64,000 nt of DNA, from the NCBI GenBank assembly GCA_964057225.1, contig OZ059897.1:13392001-13456000 (forward strand), written 5' to 3'. The position numbers and the translations under genes were made by a program. Under the pieces are notes generated by a model. It saw nothing but the letters and a program-made list of their open reading frames with translations, did no database searches and was not told the origin of the DNA. Origin of the DNA: Auanema rhodensis (taxonomy: Eukaryota; Animalia; Nematoda). Positions 48,195-61,703 of this stretch are shown here, piece by piece. How positions within the stretch are numbered: position 1 is the first letter of the stretch; each line of letters begins with the position of its first letter.

Positions 48195-50191
48195 ATGTCA
48201 CAACCATTCCGCGATTCCACTAATAAGACCCCCGTGAGTAAGCTCATGAAGAACATGGGCGATTTGTCTCTAAGAACATTTGGGGGATCTTTGAATGTCT
48301 CTGTTCACCAAGCAAAGGTAAAATCTATCTAGCCGCTTCTAAATTCAAGTGATTATATGTAGAAAGGACTTCGACGAAGGGATGTTACTCCTACAAGGAA
48401 TGCTAGTTATATTAATACATCAGTTATGGGAGATAGATTCATAGGCATCAGAAGGACTGAGCCAGAACAGGAATTAGCAAATCATTTACTTCAACAAGTC
48501 AGATATGAGTTTTGAGTTTATAGGATTTCATCAATTATTCTAGGCCCCCGATACATCTTTTAATACTTCTTACTCTTTGCCTAATTCTCCTGTAAAGCAG
48601 ACCGGCAAGGAACAATTGAAGAAACTGATGAGATGTACTGTTTTCTAAGCTATTTTCTTTCATGTTAATTGTTATAGCGAAGTCTACATCTAATTTGGAA
48701 TCGAATGAAGACGAGAGGATCTTGGTATACAAAAAGAATGCTGCTCCTCTTCCCGCTGTTGGACACTTGAGCCAGGCTAAGGTAAGAACTAATGTAATTG
48801 ACGCGCCCTTAAGTGATCATTTGGTAGGTCTTATATTCTGCTTCTTGCGTAAGACCTTCCTCTTCTGTGAAGAAGAGTACGCGTTATATTCCTCAGGTGG
48901 CTGAAAGAATTCTAGATGCTCCCGATTTTCGAGGTTTTTTATTTTCCGTATGACTTATATCGTGAAATTCTCATAGATGATTACTATCTGAATCTGATTG
49001 ATTGGAGCAGTAATAGTATTGTCGCTGTTATTCTGGGATTCTCTTTGTACTTGTGGAATGCTGACAGCGGTGAAATTCAACTTTTATTTGAGCTTGATGG
49101 AAATACCCACGAACAGCCTACTTCTGTAAAATGGGCAAAGGATGGGCATCATCTTGCTGTAGGATTCAATGATGGATCTCTTAAGGTTAAATGGTGATTG
49201 TTCATGAGTAATTGTTTAATTTTTAGATCTATGATCCTGAAAGACCTATGCCGTCTAACGGACGTCTTGAATTACGAACAATGAAAGTTCCTATTCAAAG
49301 TCGATGCGGATCATTAGCTTGGAGAGGAGCTGTAGCTTCTGGTGGATATCTTTCTGGCCAAATAATTCACCATGATGTTAGAGTTGCCCGTCATATTGTT
49401 GGGTGAGATTTCTTAACAGTCTCTATGGTTTAGTAATAAATTTAGATCCTTCAACGGACACCATCGCGAAGTTGTTGGATTACATTGGTCCCCCGGGGAG
49501 AAATATTTGGCTTCTGGTGGTTGTGATAATACTGTACGCTTATGGGATAGTGATCGTGTCGGAACAGGAGAAGTTTCGGTAAGAAAGAATAGGTGTACCT
49601 TGGGTGAAGATTAGTTTGCAGGAAAGTGTATACACATTTGATGACCATACTGGCTCGGTAAGAGCCGTTCAGTTCTGTAACTTTAAAGCAAGTATATTGG
49701 CCACTGGTGGCGGTTTAACCGATAAAACTATCAAAATTTGGAACATTCATAGCGGAGAATTAATGCACAATATTAATACTGAGTCTGCGGTAAGGAAATA
49801 AATTTTGAAAAGACAATAGCTTTTTTTAGGTTAACAGTATAGTATTTAATCGAGACTATAAAGAAATGATGACTGCTCACTCCTCAGGACAACTGCAAAT
49901 TTGGCAGTATCCTTCTTTTGCTAACACTTGTACATTAAGCGGTAAAAAAAATATTATAATTTGGCATAAAATAATTTTCAGGACATCATCCTGAACGTGC
50001 CGTTTCTATTGTGGCTTCCCCTTGTGGTCAGTACGTAATGAGTGCAGGCGCAGACGAAACGTTAAGGATGTGGATTCCGTTCAAGGTTTTTTTTTCTGTC
50101 GTTTCAATTTTTAATTAATTTGTATTAGGTCGATAAAACTACTGCTAAACTGACCAGTCAAAATAAACTAATGGGTATGAACGTCCGCTAA
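48195..50191 (+). CDS. fzy-1: CDC20/Fizzy APC/C co-activator, spliced
   Basis: C-box-like GDRFIGIR; Mad2-binding motif RILVYKKNAAP; ERILDAP..DDYYLNLIDWS; WD40 repeats (LATGGG..DKTIKIWN, SAGADETLRMW); C-terminal ..GMNVR* (IR-tail equivalent). Confidence 0.95.
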
Positions 50192-51063
50192 TGGATTTCA
50201 GTGGTATTTGGAACTAAACAGTCGTTGTATCATGCTATTGTATTGATGGTCTTATGGTATCATACCATTATATTGTTTTTGATCTTATAAAGTTGTATAC
50301 TTTTCCAGTATTTTACAAAATTTAGTCTGTTCGTTATACCGACATTTTGCATGAAATGAGCATAAATTACTTTTCACTATATCTTCTAGCTTTGAACAAT
50401 ATATGTTTATTATTAAATTTCAAACAATTCACGAAATCATGAAATAACACTGTATATTTCAGTTAAATCAAGGTTAACATGGCAAGATTTTGTGAAAGAT
50501 GCAGACTTAAGCTTGCAAATAATTAAGGTACTTGTATTAGTGATCATTTATGAATATATTGATTTATTTTAAAACTTTTCTTGTTTTGTTTATTTATAAA
50601 AATCCAAAATATTTAGTTCTACACAATATATAATATATACATTAAGGACAATTTTTTTCTCAAATGAATATTATCTTTTTTATGCTTTAGTCATCCTATC
50701 AAGTGATCGTCAACACGCATGATTCATAGGTATAATTGTGTTTTCTTTTATTCTTGTTTTCTAAAATTTGTTAAGGATCAAAGAAAGTCATCTTTGTTGT
50801 TCTTCTTTTTATTTGCTTGATCATGATTTGTGATGTTGTATATCCATGAACACATTGTGAACTTAATGTGTGTAAGTAACCATTGATATATGTTTATTGA
50901 ATTCGATTAAATTTCTTCAATTATATTTTTTACCTTATTGAAAGTTGTTTAGACGTGTTCTCAACACTCTGTTTATATATCTCGATATATTAATGTTTGT
51001 TTATAGTATCAATTTGATGTTTCGCAGTTTTAGTTAAACTTTTCCCTTTAAATACATTTGCAG

Positions 51064-51614
51064 ATGAATTGGGCTTTTTTTAAAGGACAACCTTATGGTG
51101 TACTGATGGCTTCCCAAACTGTAAGAAATTACTTATTGCAATACTTATTCAATTTTTTATTTCAGATTATTTCTTTTGTAGCTTATATTGTACCATATGT
51201 GGCAGAATTTTGGTTTGAAGGGATTACTACTATGCATCAATTTGTGCTGGGATTATTCATAACTTCCTTAATAATTAACATCCTACATTTATTTGGTTGG
51301 AACCGAAAAGTTCTCAGCTTATCTTCGGGAATTAATTTATTTTTACCTTGTACATTAGTGGTATGAATTATTAACAGTTTAGTTTATCAATTCATTTTCG
51401 ATTTTAGCTTTTCGCAGTGTCTTTGATTTATACCTTGATCTTAGGCTACGGCTCTTTAATTGCTTTAATTGGATTTGTTGATTCCTACCGTTTTACTCGC
51501 AGACTAATACTCGCATATGGATTACTATCAGTAAGTTTTGTTTCACATGATTTATTGCAAAAATCTAAATAGATCTTAATATCACATGCTGCTTTTTTCC
51601 ATATTTTGCATTGA
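51064..51614 (+). CDS. Small four-TM membrane protein, MARVEL-like
   Basis: Spliced ORF MNWAFFKGQPYGVLMASQT|IISFVAYIV..FVLGLFITSLIINILHLF..|LFAVSLIYTLILGYGSLIALIG..LILAYGLLS|ILISHAAFFHILH*, GT-AG introns in phase. Last exon and family assignment are inferred. Confidence 0.6.
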
Positions 51615-52824
51615 GTAGAAGTCTTTTCCTGATATCATGCGAAAAAAGAGCAGATATAGGGTTAGCTATTGCTAATGAAAGATTGAGAAGATGATAATAG
51701 GCAAACAGTACATCAAACATGCTGTTCTGTAAAATTTACTATTATTTGATCAACAGGTTTATATTAGGTTTATACCCATCGAAAAAATATTGCGATGACT
51801 CCTATGGAATAGTAGGCAAAAACAAACCATAATGATATATATACAGAGATTGATAAAAATGTTAAAGTCTTTTCGGTTTTTAAGGAACTGTAATATATAT
51901 ATATATATACATTTTTTTTCATTTGTAAAAGTGACTTCTTACCGTCGCTTTACACAGTGAAGCAAAGCCATGTTTTGCATCACTTGTCCATAACATATAG
52001 TAGATATGAGCAGTGATATGACACACATTATTGTGGCAATTCCTGTGTATGCTTGCTGTAATATATTTAAGTTAACTTCTCTGTTTTTTAAACTTCACCA
52101 GCATTTTTGGATTTTCATAACAAGCAGCTATCACAAAGCTTCTTCCCTTTATATAAACATATCTAGGAGATCCTGGAAACAAAATGAGTGCAGTTGTGAT
52201 AATAGGAAATACGAGTATAAGCAATGCAAATCCAAGAGTGGATATGCTATCAAATTTCTGAAAAAATTTCGATTGTTTGTTAATTACAAATTTGAATCAG
52301 CTGACTTACAGCAGTTATGTATGCTGTTGGTTTGCATATTTTCAAGTAACGATTAAATGATAACACAGCAACACCAAACATCTGACTTAACACTACTGCT
52401 CCATTTATACTACCAAGAATACTTGGAAAAGACGTTGAATTTAGCTTCAACCAATATTCCCATGTTTGAGGTACATTTCGTATAAAAGCACAAATATAGC
52501 ATAATAGACTCAATAAATCAGTCATAGCCTTAAAGTAATAATATAGTAAATTTTGAGTTTTTAAGATAATGCTGTTTGCATATAAATCGTTCAGAATCAA
52601 GAATCAAAAAGATTTACCTGAACTATCCAAATCCTGAAAAATGTTGAAGTGAAAGGAGAGGTTTTGCGATATGTAAGAACTACTCGTAACTCCAATATAT
52701 ATATAATTATAATTATTATTGCAATTGTTAAGCAGGGTACATGGAATTCTGGCCTGTTGAGCCATCTTCCTTGTCCAATTTCTTCATAGCTCGGAATAGA
52801 TGCATTTTTGTCTGGGCAAGCCAT
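51565..52824 (-). CDS. Nematode serpentine chemoreceptor (Srg/Srv-like 7-TM GPCR), ~6 exons
   Basis: TM1 followed by ..PFTSTFFRI; AMTDLL; VLSFNRY; SLKTEKTLTFLS (TM6); YYHLLNLSLAIANPISALFSHDIRKRLL (TM7/helix 8); TAG at 51567-51565. Confidence 0.85.
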
Positions 52825-54868
52825 GAAAAAGCAATATAGCGTGTTTCCTTAGCACATCTGGCTCCAGATCTAAATAAATTAAAATCTCATTATGCTGATT
52901 ATTAAATCTCAATATGATAAATGAAGAATAGTAAATTATGAATGTTTCGAACAAGCTTCGGTTCACTAAAAAGTTGAAAAAGTCACAAGATGATCCACTT
53001 TCGAATTTCACGGAAAGTGATAGCAAATAGTTTGTGAGAAAAAGGGATTGATTCGGATCTCAGAGTCAACAGGCTTTGTATGAAGTTCTTGATATTATTT
53101 TATAAATGAATCAGTTCAGCGTGATTTTGTTAAAAAGATCATTGAATATGTGTTCTTCCGATAATCAAAAAAATTTCTTCTAGGCTTCTTATATCGTCGA
53201 AACATTTATCTGCGGTTATTTGGTTGTTCTCTTGGGTCGAGTGGCTCCAAATGGGCAGATTTTTGGTTTAGCAACTGTGATTATTGATGGAGATAAAACC
53301 TCGAGGTAAGATCAGTTTCTTTGCAGTTAGTAAGCGAGAACAGGATAGTGTAATAGATATGCATGATATCATGTCAATTAAATAACAAAGTTTTAGTTTT
53401 TATACTGTGGTTGATAAATTGAAGAAAGATTTTAATGGGGGTTTGTATTCTTTAATTAGCTAAAATAGTTTTATCTTCGTAAAAGTCGTCGACCTTTTCA
53501 AATCTTACTAGGGTTTCAAAAACTGAATGTAATAAGTTAAACAAGAAAAAAAGGTGGCAGTAGCGAATGAGATATTGAGTGGGAAAGGAAGCCGAACGAA
53601 TAAGATGATGATGAGGAGGTGGAGTCATCGGCTCAATTGCATCATGGTTGGTTAAACTAAACGGGCTGTTCTCATATGGGATAATAACCATATCTTGTGT
53701 TATTAGGGAAGTAAAAGTCAATGAAGTCAAAATTATTTATTAAGAATGCGTAAATATTTCTGATTACTGATTATGATATTCGAAAATCGTTGAATCTCTG
53801 ATTTTCTGTTTTAAAAAATTATATAAATAAAAAATGTGTTAGAATTTGAAATGCCATTTAAATATTTGAAATAAGTGAAATTGCAATAGATATAATTCAA
53901 CATTAATTTCAAGTTAATTAAGACAAGGAAAATTAGGTTCTTTGTTATAAATAATCTGTTTGAAGAGTTTAAGCAGAAGTGAGTCAAGCATTAACATTGA
54001 AAAACTCGAATTGTTTAGATTTGAGCACTCAGCCCCAAGATTCTCACCAGTTGCAACTCCAACTGCTGGACCCCAGCACATCTGATTGCAATCAAAGAAA
54101 CAGTCCACACGAAATCGTCATTTGAATGAATATTATTGGGTACTATCTCCCTTAACCAGTATTTGCACGCTTTTGGTAAGTTTTTTCCCGTTGACCGGCT
54201 ATTTGCTACATAATTCTTACAAAATTCAAAATAACCTGTGTCCGTGACCATATTAAGAATAATCATAATAATTAATTTTTTTTCTATTTTCTCTATTTTT
54301 TGTGATCTTCCTGTCATTCCAAATTATGTCTTTCTAACTTCAATGAATGTATTTTTAACCTACGATTACCAACATACTGTGCTTTTATTACGAAAAAAAA
54401 TTTGCTTTCAAATATATAATATGATTGTTTCCATACCAATAAATATGATTTGTTTCGGTAGAGTGTTCCGTTTGTGAAATAAATACAAACTTTAAAATCG
54501 AGTTGGATTAGTTTTCACAATGATCCAACCAACTATCATCTCAAAATCGGATCAAAGTTGGTATACCATTACTAAAGCTGTCTATAAAGTTATTTACCAG
54601 GATGGCTGACCATTTTTCGGCTTTATGAATCGAAGTAAAAAATGTACGGAATATATCTAATACTGTTCGAAACTCAGGCTTTGGCTTTTCCATCACCTAT
54701 ATGTTTTAGAGTTTCAATGTACGCATTTGCTAAGAATTATTTATTTGTCTCTTTTTACATAACAGCTAATATCATATAATATATGGTCAAAAATACTATA
54801 ATTAGAGAATATTTTACGATACATAAATTCACACAGATAAGCATCTACTGTTTTTTCTGAAACACCCT

Positions 54869-55561
54869 TCATCTTCTTGAGTTTCCTTTTAGTAACGTTC
54901 CACTTTCCGGATTCACAAAATTGACTGTGTTATCTATTCTCACCGCAGAAATGCCGTTGTAACTCGGCGAGGCATCGGATGCTCCGGGAGAACCACTTTT
55001 AATCGAAGCTTTTAAAGATGCGAGCATTTCTTGAATACGATCGGGACCAACGTCTAGGAAACATTGATCGTCTTCGTGTCTGGCTACAAAAACTTTGTCG
55101 ATTTTTACAGCTTTTCCAGGACTTCCGATTTCTATAGGTTTTTCCAACAAACGCCACTCGCAAAGTTCACGAAGAAAACAATTGTAATCCAAAACAGTTT
55201 TCGAACTTATATTCAACTGCACTTTACAGAATTCAGCAGATGTTAACTCAAAGCTCCACCAATATACGAAGAATATTATTTGTTGGAAAGATAAATGACA
55301 ATCTCAAAAAGCAATTTCCTTAATTATATCAATACATAAAAATTAAATACCTTCGAACCATGTTCCGTTCTTTAAGCTAATTTCTTTGGAGCATTTTTTA
55401 TTTTTGCATCTGAATCGATCTCGTTTTTCTGATAACATCAATTTCATATCCTATCCACATGAGCACAACTTTGTTTTAGGTAACAAATCTCTATTTTGCA
55501 AGAATACTATACACAATTCTTTGGTAGCAATAAGAGGATGCAATTCCATAAAAGTTATCAT
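54869..55561 (-). mobile_element. Decayed Merlin / IS1595(ISXO2)-like DDE transposase with one intron
   Basis: LQNRDLLPKTKLCSCG*DMKL..RFRCKNKKCSKEISLKNGTWFE|intron|LSFQQIIFFVYWWS..DYNCFLRELCE..IGSPGKAVKID (consensus IGGxGxxVEIDES)..SDASPSYNGI..NFVNPESG. In-frame stop at 55453-55451 and internal deletions. TIRs not identified. Confidence 0.82.
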
Positions 55562-56806
55562 TGCTTTAACATGTGATGAAATGATAATAGCTTGTTTTAA
55601 TGATAATTTTTTCAAATTTGACTACGTAATCCGTTCATGTAATATGCTAATCTCGTACGTGCCATTATATTTATCCCATTCTTAAGTATAAAAAAAGAAG
55701 ATTAAGCATATTGTTAAACAGTTATACTAGGCATGTGAAATCTCAGATTCGTATACTATCGATCGGAACCTGATTGATTCTTATGAAGGGTCGAACATAG
55801 AACCGACAAGAGCTACCGGTATAACATAGAGATATATATATATACATATTGTCATATTGTCCAAAGTTTTCGAACGCGAAGTGGAAATTTATACTTTTTC
55901 AAAGGCCAGTTTACACAATTGTTTTCAGTTTTTTTTTCAATATTTTCTTAAAAAATTATGGTTCCCTTTCATATCATCTGTAATATATAATGAATATATA
56001 TCTTTTTGGTTGATATATTGAAAGCTTATGATTGCAGCTAATAACTTTATGCTGTCATTTGTTGTTACTGGATTTTATACCAGTTGATCAAGTTCTTTTA
56101 TATCCAGCTGATAAGAAAACTTAGTAGTTGGATCTAATGACATCTCTGAATTTCTCTCATCGTTTATCGAATTTTTTGTATTTCATCTATCTGTAATATG
56201 CTATCCATATTTTTAATGTTCCAAATCTGTTTTTATATTCTACTGTTAACCAAAATATTGACTGAATTTGTGAATATATAGTCTTCTTTTATCGCTTTTA
56301 TTTCCTAAAAAATGTATTCTAATATATCTCAATGGTCTTTTTATCTAAGATATTAATTTATCTTTTAATGCATTTTTATTCAGTTATTCTATTAATATAA
56401 TATTTAAAGAATTTCATAGGATAATTTAATGAGCAATTCAGGAAATACTTTTGATGAACAAACATCTCTCTTCTAGTTTTACTTCTCTTTCATTCTCAAT
56501 GCTAACCTGATTTCTTGAAATCTGTCCAACTTTGTTTGTTGTATATAGTTAATGTGGTCTGAGAATCAGATGTATTTTGAATTAACGAATATTGCGAATT
56601 TTATATTTACTTTTCATTCAAATATAGCTGAAACATTCATTGTGTAGAAATGTGACTTCTTGACAAAAAGACAAATATCTTTTCTTTTTAGTCCTTGTAT
56701 AGCTATTGAAACCCTTTCGAGTAGTCCAAATTAATCGTAAGGTTCAATAACTCATTCAGTGAAATATCATTGGTACTCGTGGAGAACATTTTGATTCCTA
56801 TGTCAG

Positions 56807-56808
<2 letters not shown>

Positions 56809-56876
<68 letters not shown>

Positions 56877-56889
56877 GTATATATATATA
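56809..56889. repeat. (TA)n microsatellite
   Basis: Near-perfect TA run. Confidence 0.95.
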
Positions 56890-58246
56890 CGAAATGATGA
56901 TATTAAATATATATTCCCGAAAAATAATAATAATGAATGACATCTTATACCTGAAACCTTCAAAGTTTATAATGTTTAAACCTTCTCTTGTAAATTTTTA
57001 CCTTTTTTTTATAGTATATTATATATGATCCGTTATCCTAGATTTTAGTCGTTGCTAAGCAGGCTGCGATGACAACTGTGGCACTAGCAACTAAGACTAT
57101 ATATAATATGTAAACTATATGTATTTATATATTAAGTTTTATAAAAAATATTTAAATGTATTTAATAATATTTATAGTTATTTTATTTATTTTTGTCTTA
57201 GCTAAAGAAAATTTTAATTTATAAAAAAAAGCAAAATCAATCTGTATTATGAAAACTGTCATATGCAAATATCAGATCAGCTTGAATGTAACGAAATCTG
57301 ACTCGCATCTCGGATTTCAATCAGTTTTTAATTAAAATTGAGAGAAAATTATGAAGAAGTGAGTGGCTTATAACTCAATAAAGAAATTATAGGTAGATTA
57401 TGTAGCTGGAGCGTTGTAGTATTCAAGATTCGACTACATATTTTTTATTCATAGACTCTTTCTTCTGGTTATTAGACTTTTTTTTTGAAATGACGAACTG
57501 AATTTTATTGAATACCACAATTCTTATAGCAAAATGTACTTTAACTTTAGAAACTACATCTATATGAATGTTTGTTTGAAGTCAAACAGTAGTTGCCCTC
57601 CGTGGTCAAAAACTAGCGGCCGATTGCATCTCAAGTCTCTATTCCGCAGTTCTTCCTCTCTTGAACTGTTGTTTCATCGAATGACCTTTCAAGTGTTCCG
57701 AAGCCTTCCTATCATGTCTTCTGTATTTGATTTCATAAACTATTTTATTAATAATAATAAGTTTAATTAAAAAAATTAATAATTTTTGATTTTTCCTTAT
57801 TTCAAAAATTTTTCAGAGCAAAACATAATTTTTTAAATGAAATTTAGTATTTCTTAAAATTTGAATATACATTAATGTATTAATGTAACTTTTCATAATG
57901 TGAAAAGAAAAAGATACCAAGCTAGTTCATTAAAAATACTAAAGAATTTGAATGAATACTTTGTGAAATATTTTATAAAAAAAAACCTATCAATAACAAT
58001 CTTCTAATTCCTTACTTCAATTTGATCTTAATTTACATATGATTAGGGTACGACTAATTTCAACTTAATATTTTTTAAACATGTGTTAACTCAATAATAA
58101 ATTATTAAAATATATAAATTTTGACAACCGTTTACATTATTCAGGTTTCCAAAAATAAGTAGCTAATTAGCATATTATTGCAATTCTTAAATCTTAGTTT
58201 TTTTTTCTTAGAATATTTCAATTCATATTGTTTAATTACAGATAAT

Positions 58247-59332
58247 ATGTGTCGTAGAAGATACTGGTCTCTTACTCGTCTAGACTATTTTCAGCCTTTA
58301 CTTATTATTCTATTACTATCTGTTGTCGTTATATTTACTGTGCATTCTACATCTAGTCGTGCTAAATTTGAAATGACAAAGAATGCACTTGAATCAGCCT
58401 CACCTGATCCGCCGCTGATTATTTTAATTACCCCAACAGGTAAACGGCTGGAACGATTAGCGGATATGACAAGGTAATATAATTCATAATATGAATTTTA
58501 AAAAAGATATACTTAATCTGTGATCATTATTACGTATGAATTTGTTAAGATTTTCTCAAACATTGGAACATATTAAAAATATTCATTGGATTGTTGTGGA
58601 AGATGGTAATACAACTGTTCCATCAGTTGAAAATATTCTAATTCGAAGTAAAATTCCATACATTTATTTGAACACTCTGTCAATGCCCGGATTTCCAAGT
58701 TAGTTTACAAAACAACAATTTACATACTGCAACATGCTTCAGAAAGAGGTTGGACTCATCGAAACTTAGCTCTTCAATATATTCGCGAAAATTATCGAAA
58801 TGCTACTGGTGTTGTATATTTTGCTGATGATGATAACACATATGACAAACGTTTATTCGATAACTATATCCGGAAAGTTAAGAAGATTGGAATTTGGGCT
58901 GTTGGTGGGTAAACTAAAGAAACCTAAATAATTAAAAAGCGATTACAGGGCTTGTAGGAGGAGCATTCGTTGAAGCACCTAATGTGGAAAAAGGTAAAAT
59001 TAAAGGATGGAATGTAGTATACGCTCCGAATCGCCAATTCGCAACTGATATGGCTGGATTTGCTATAAACTTATCTCTCGTACTAAGATTAAAGTAGGTC
59101 TTTCATCTTGTTTCTTATGCATGATATTTCTTTTAGTGCAACATTCAATGAAGCATGTGCGAAGGAGTATAAAAGGGGACCCGAATCTTGCTTTTTATCT
59201 CAGTTTAAATTGAGAAGAGATCAAGTAGAGCCATTCGGTCATGATGCCAATCCGAAGGAAATTTTAGTCTGGCATACAAAGACAGTAAAAACAAAAGTGA
59301 AAGGTAGTAAACATGGTTATATACTTGATTAG
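58247..59332 (+). CDS. GT43 beta-1,3-glucuronyltransferase (GlcAT/glct/sqv-8 family), type II membrane protein
   Basis: N-terminal TM; IILITPT..ERLADMTR; IHWIVVEDG; RGWTHRNLAL; VVYFADDDNTYD (DxD); GIWAVGLVGG..EAP; FATDMAGFA; ILVWHTKT. Confidence 0.93.
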
Positions 59333-59787
59333 AGAAACGAGAGATTACCTTATTTAGGCTTTAAAAATTCTTTGATTTTAGAAATCATTATCATTATTAT
59401 TGAACAATTTATTAGATTAGTTTATAATCTTAAAAAATATTTTTTCCTAACTTTTACGGGTTCATCTTTAAACGCTAGAATTGTATCTTTTATTCTTTTT
59501 TTCGGTATGTATTTTACGAGTATGGACAAGAAAAAAGGAATTTTGACTATATTTCCCCCATATTTAGCCTCTTGCCAAAATTTTTTTGTTTTATAATTTT
59601 TTTTGTATTTAAAATTATATTCAACTATTACAAATAGTAATAAATATATTTATAGTTTATTAATTTTTTTTTCTTATTACTTCTCAATTATTATAAGAGA
59701 AGTATTATAATAATGTAAATAGTCTAGAAAGACTAGGCACATATGAGGTATGCAAAGCAAGTGTTTAAAATTTCAAATTGAATTACT

Positions 59788-60922
59788 TCAGATTCGACCA
59801 TCACAAATTAGTTGTTTAGCTCTCTTCATTCCAGTTCTCATAGCAGCCAGATTTTCCACAGATTCTGAGCATGGCCTACATCCAATAATGCCTTAAATAA
59901 GATGATGTGGTCTCAGTATTCATAATCCAAAGGTTTAACCTCTAAAACGTAGTTCGAGGCTTTCTTCTAAATCCAAATAAACACTTTCCGATAATTCTTT
60001 AAAAACTCGACGAAGCTCTGTCTGCAAAAAAGTAAAAATTTGAAAGTAAAAATAGCTGAAATTACCTGATATTTGTTATATTCTAACAACCAATCTATGC
60101 GTGTTCCTTTAATATTAGTTCTATCAATATTATAACGAATTATGGATTCTACTGATTTCATTTCAATATCGAGTTTCGTTAAATATGGAAGAACACGATT
60201 CTGAAAAATGAAATTATCAATCTTTCTTTCAAAATTCTTGTTCATGATTTTTCAGAAATGACCCTGATATTGATAATTAGGGATTGCGGTTTGAGGAATT
60301 CTCGTAGTCGTTAAAGGAAATTCAAAATTCCGTTCTGATATTAAGCGTCTCCTGGGGCTATGAACGGAATTTCGTTCTACATTCCTGTTTATATATTGTC
60401 TTGGGAGTCTGGTTTGGTTTATGAGATTGAAATTGAATTTGGGAATTAATTATTGTGTGGTCTTATCTTACATGAAGTTCTTCTAACAAATCTTGAGCAC
60501 TTTCACGAAGAGTCACAGCATCAGAAGTAAAATCACTCACGAGGTTAACTATTTTATCCAACTATAAAATAGATGTTAAGAGTATGACAATAGAAAAAAG
60601 AAACAAATAACCTTTCTACAGATAGTATTCATCATTCCAGCAAGCTCCGATTGTTCAATTAAACGTTCAAGTTTAACCTTTTCAGAATATTTAGCAGGTT
60701 GTAAGTCAACGCTGACATCATCGTCATCAAAGATTAAAGATATCATTGATACAGCGTCTAACTGAAATTATAATAAATATTCATTATATTAAGTATTTAA
60801 ATTCAAACATAGTCTGTAGAAGGAAAGCTGAAGTCACTTTGTCGTGAGTATGAGATCGAATCTGCATAGTTATGCTGAGGAGATTCAGCACGATAGCCAC
60901 TTTGACCCAAACGACGCCACAT
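59788..60922 (-). CDS. Uncharacterised spliced protein-coding gene
   Basis: Exons with GT-AG ends: MWRRLGQSGY.., LDAVSMISLIFDDDD.., NRVLPYLTK..TRIDWLLEYNKYQ, TELRRVFKELSESVYLDLEESLELRFRG, IIGCRPCSESVE..DGRI*. Phase of the middle exon (~60260-60420) is unresolved. Confidence 0.65.
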
Positions 60923-61703
60923 TTTTTATAGATTCCTTTGAAAGATTAGAGTTTAATGACATAAATACTAGAAAATAATATTGAAAAACAAGTGTTTTGA
61001 AAACAGATAGTTAATGTTCAAAATGTTTGACAGTTAAGCTCACTATAGTACTCAACAATGTATATCTCTTAAACTCTCTCTTAAAGTCTTAAAATATATT
61101 GAGATACAGCAAAATAGAAGTAGAAGATGATTGCAGAAAAAAGAAAGATGAATTGTTTAATAGAAAAGATGTTTCGTAGTTACAAATGGCATTAACAGCT
61201 AATGCAACATGAAAAATCGAACAGCTTAGGCTAACATGGACTGTTCATCATGATATAGAATGCCTTGTTCAGAATTGGTTGGATATGATTATCATCCAAC
61301 ACGTTCGTTGTCTTATTCATCTTCTATCTCACTTGTTTCTTTATCTCTCTTCGAATTTTGCATGTCAATTCCATATCTCTCTTAGTGAAAGAAGATACAA
61401 GAGGCGGTTTCTAGCCGGATATCATAGATCAGCTGGTTCGTTAGAAGAAATTCCTTTCCAACTCATCCATTCTATCTTTTTGTCGATTAAGGAGCAACGA
61501 TTTTTTTAGAAGTTTCCAATGTTTAGTTTCAAAATAAGTTAGAAAATAACATTAGTCGACTTCAAATCAATTATCAGTTTTGAAAAAATATTTTATATCG
61601 TTGGCATAAAACAATCCAAGACACGAAAATCGGTTTTGGAAAACATCCGACAAAGTTTTTCATATATCCCAAAGCAATATATGATGAGAAAATGTTTTTA
61701 TTT

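Noticed and set aside
55920-56580. Decayed minus-strand coding sequence (possible retroelement remnant)
   Set aside because: Many stops and no recognisable motif; cannot be assigned
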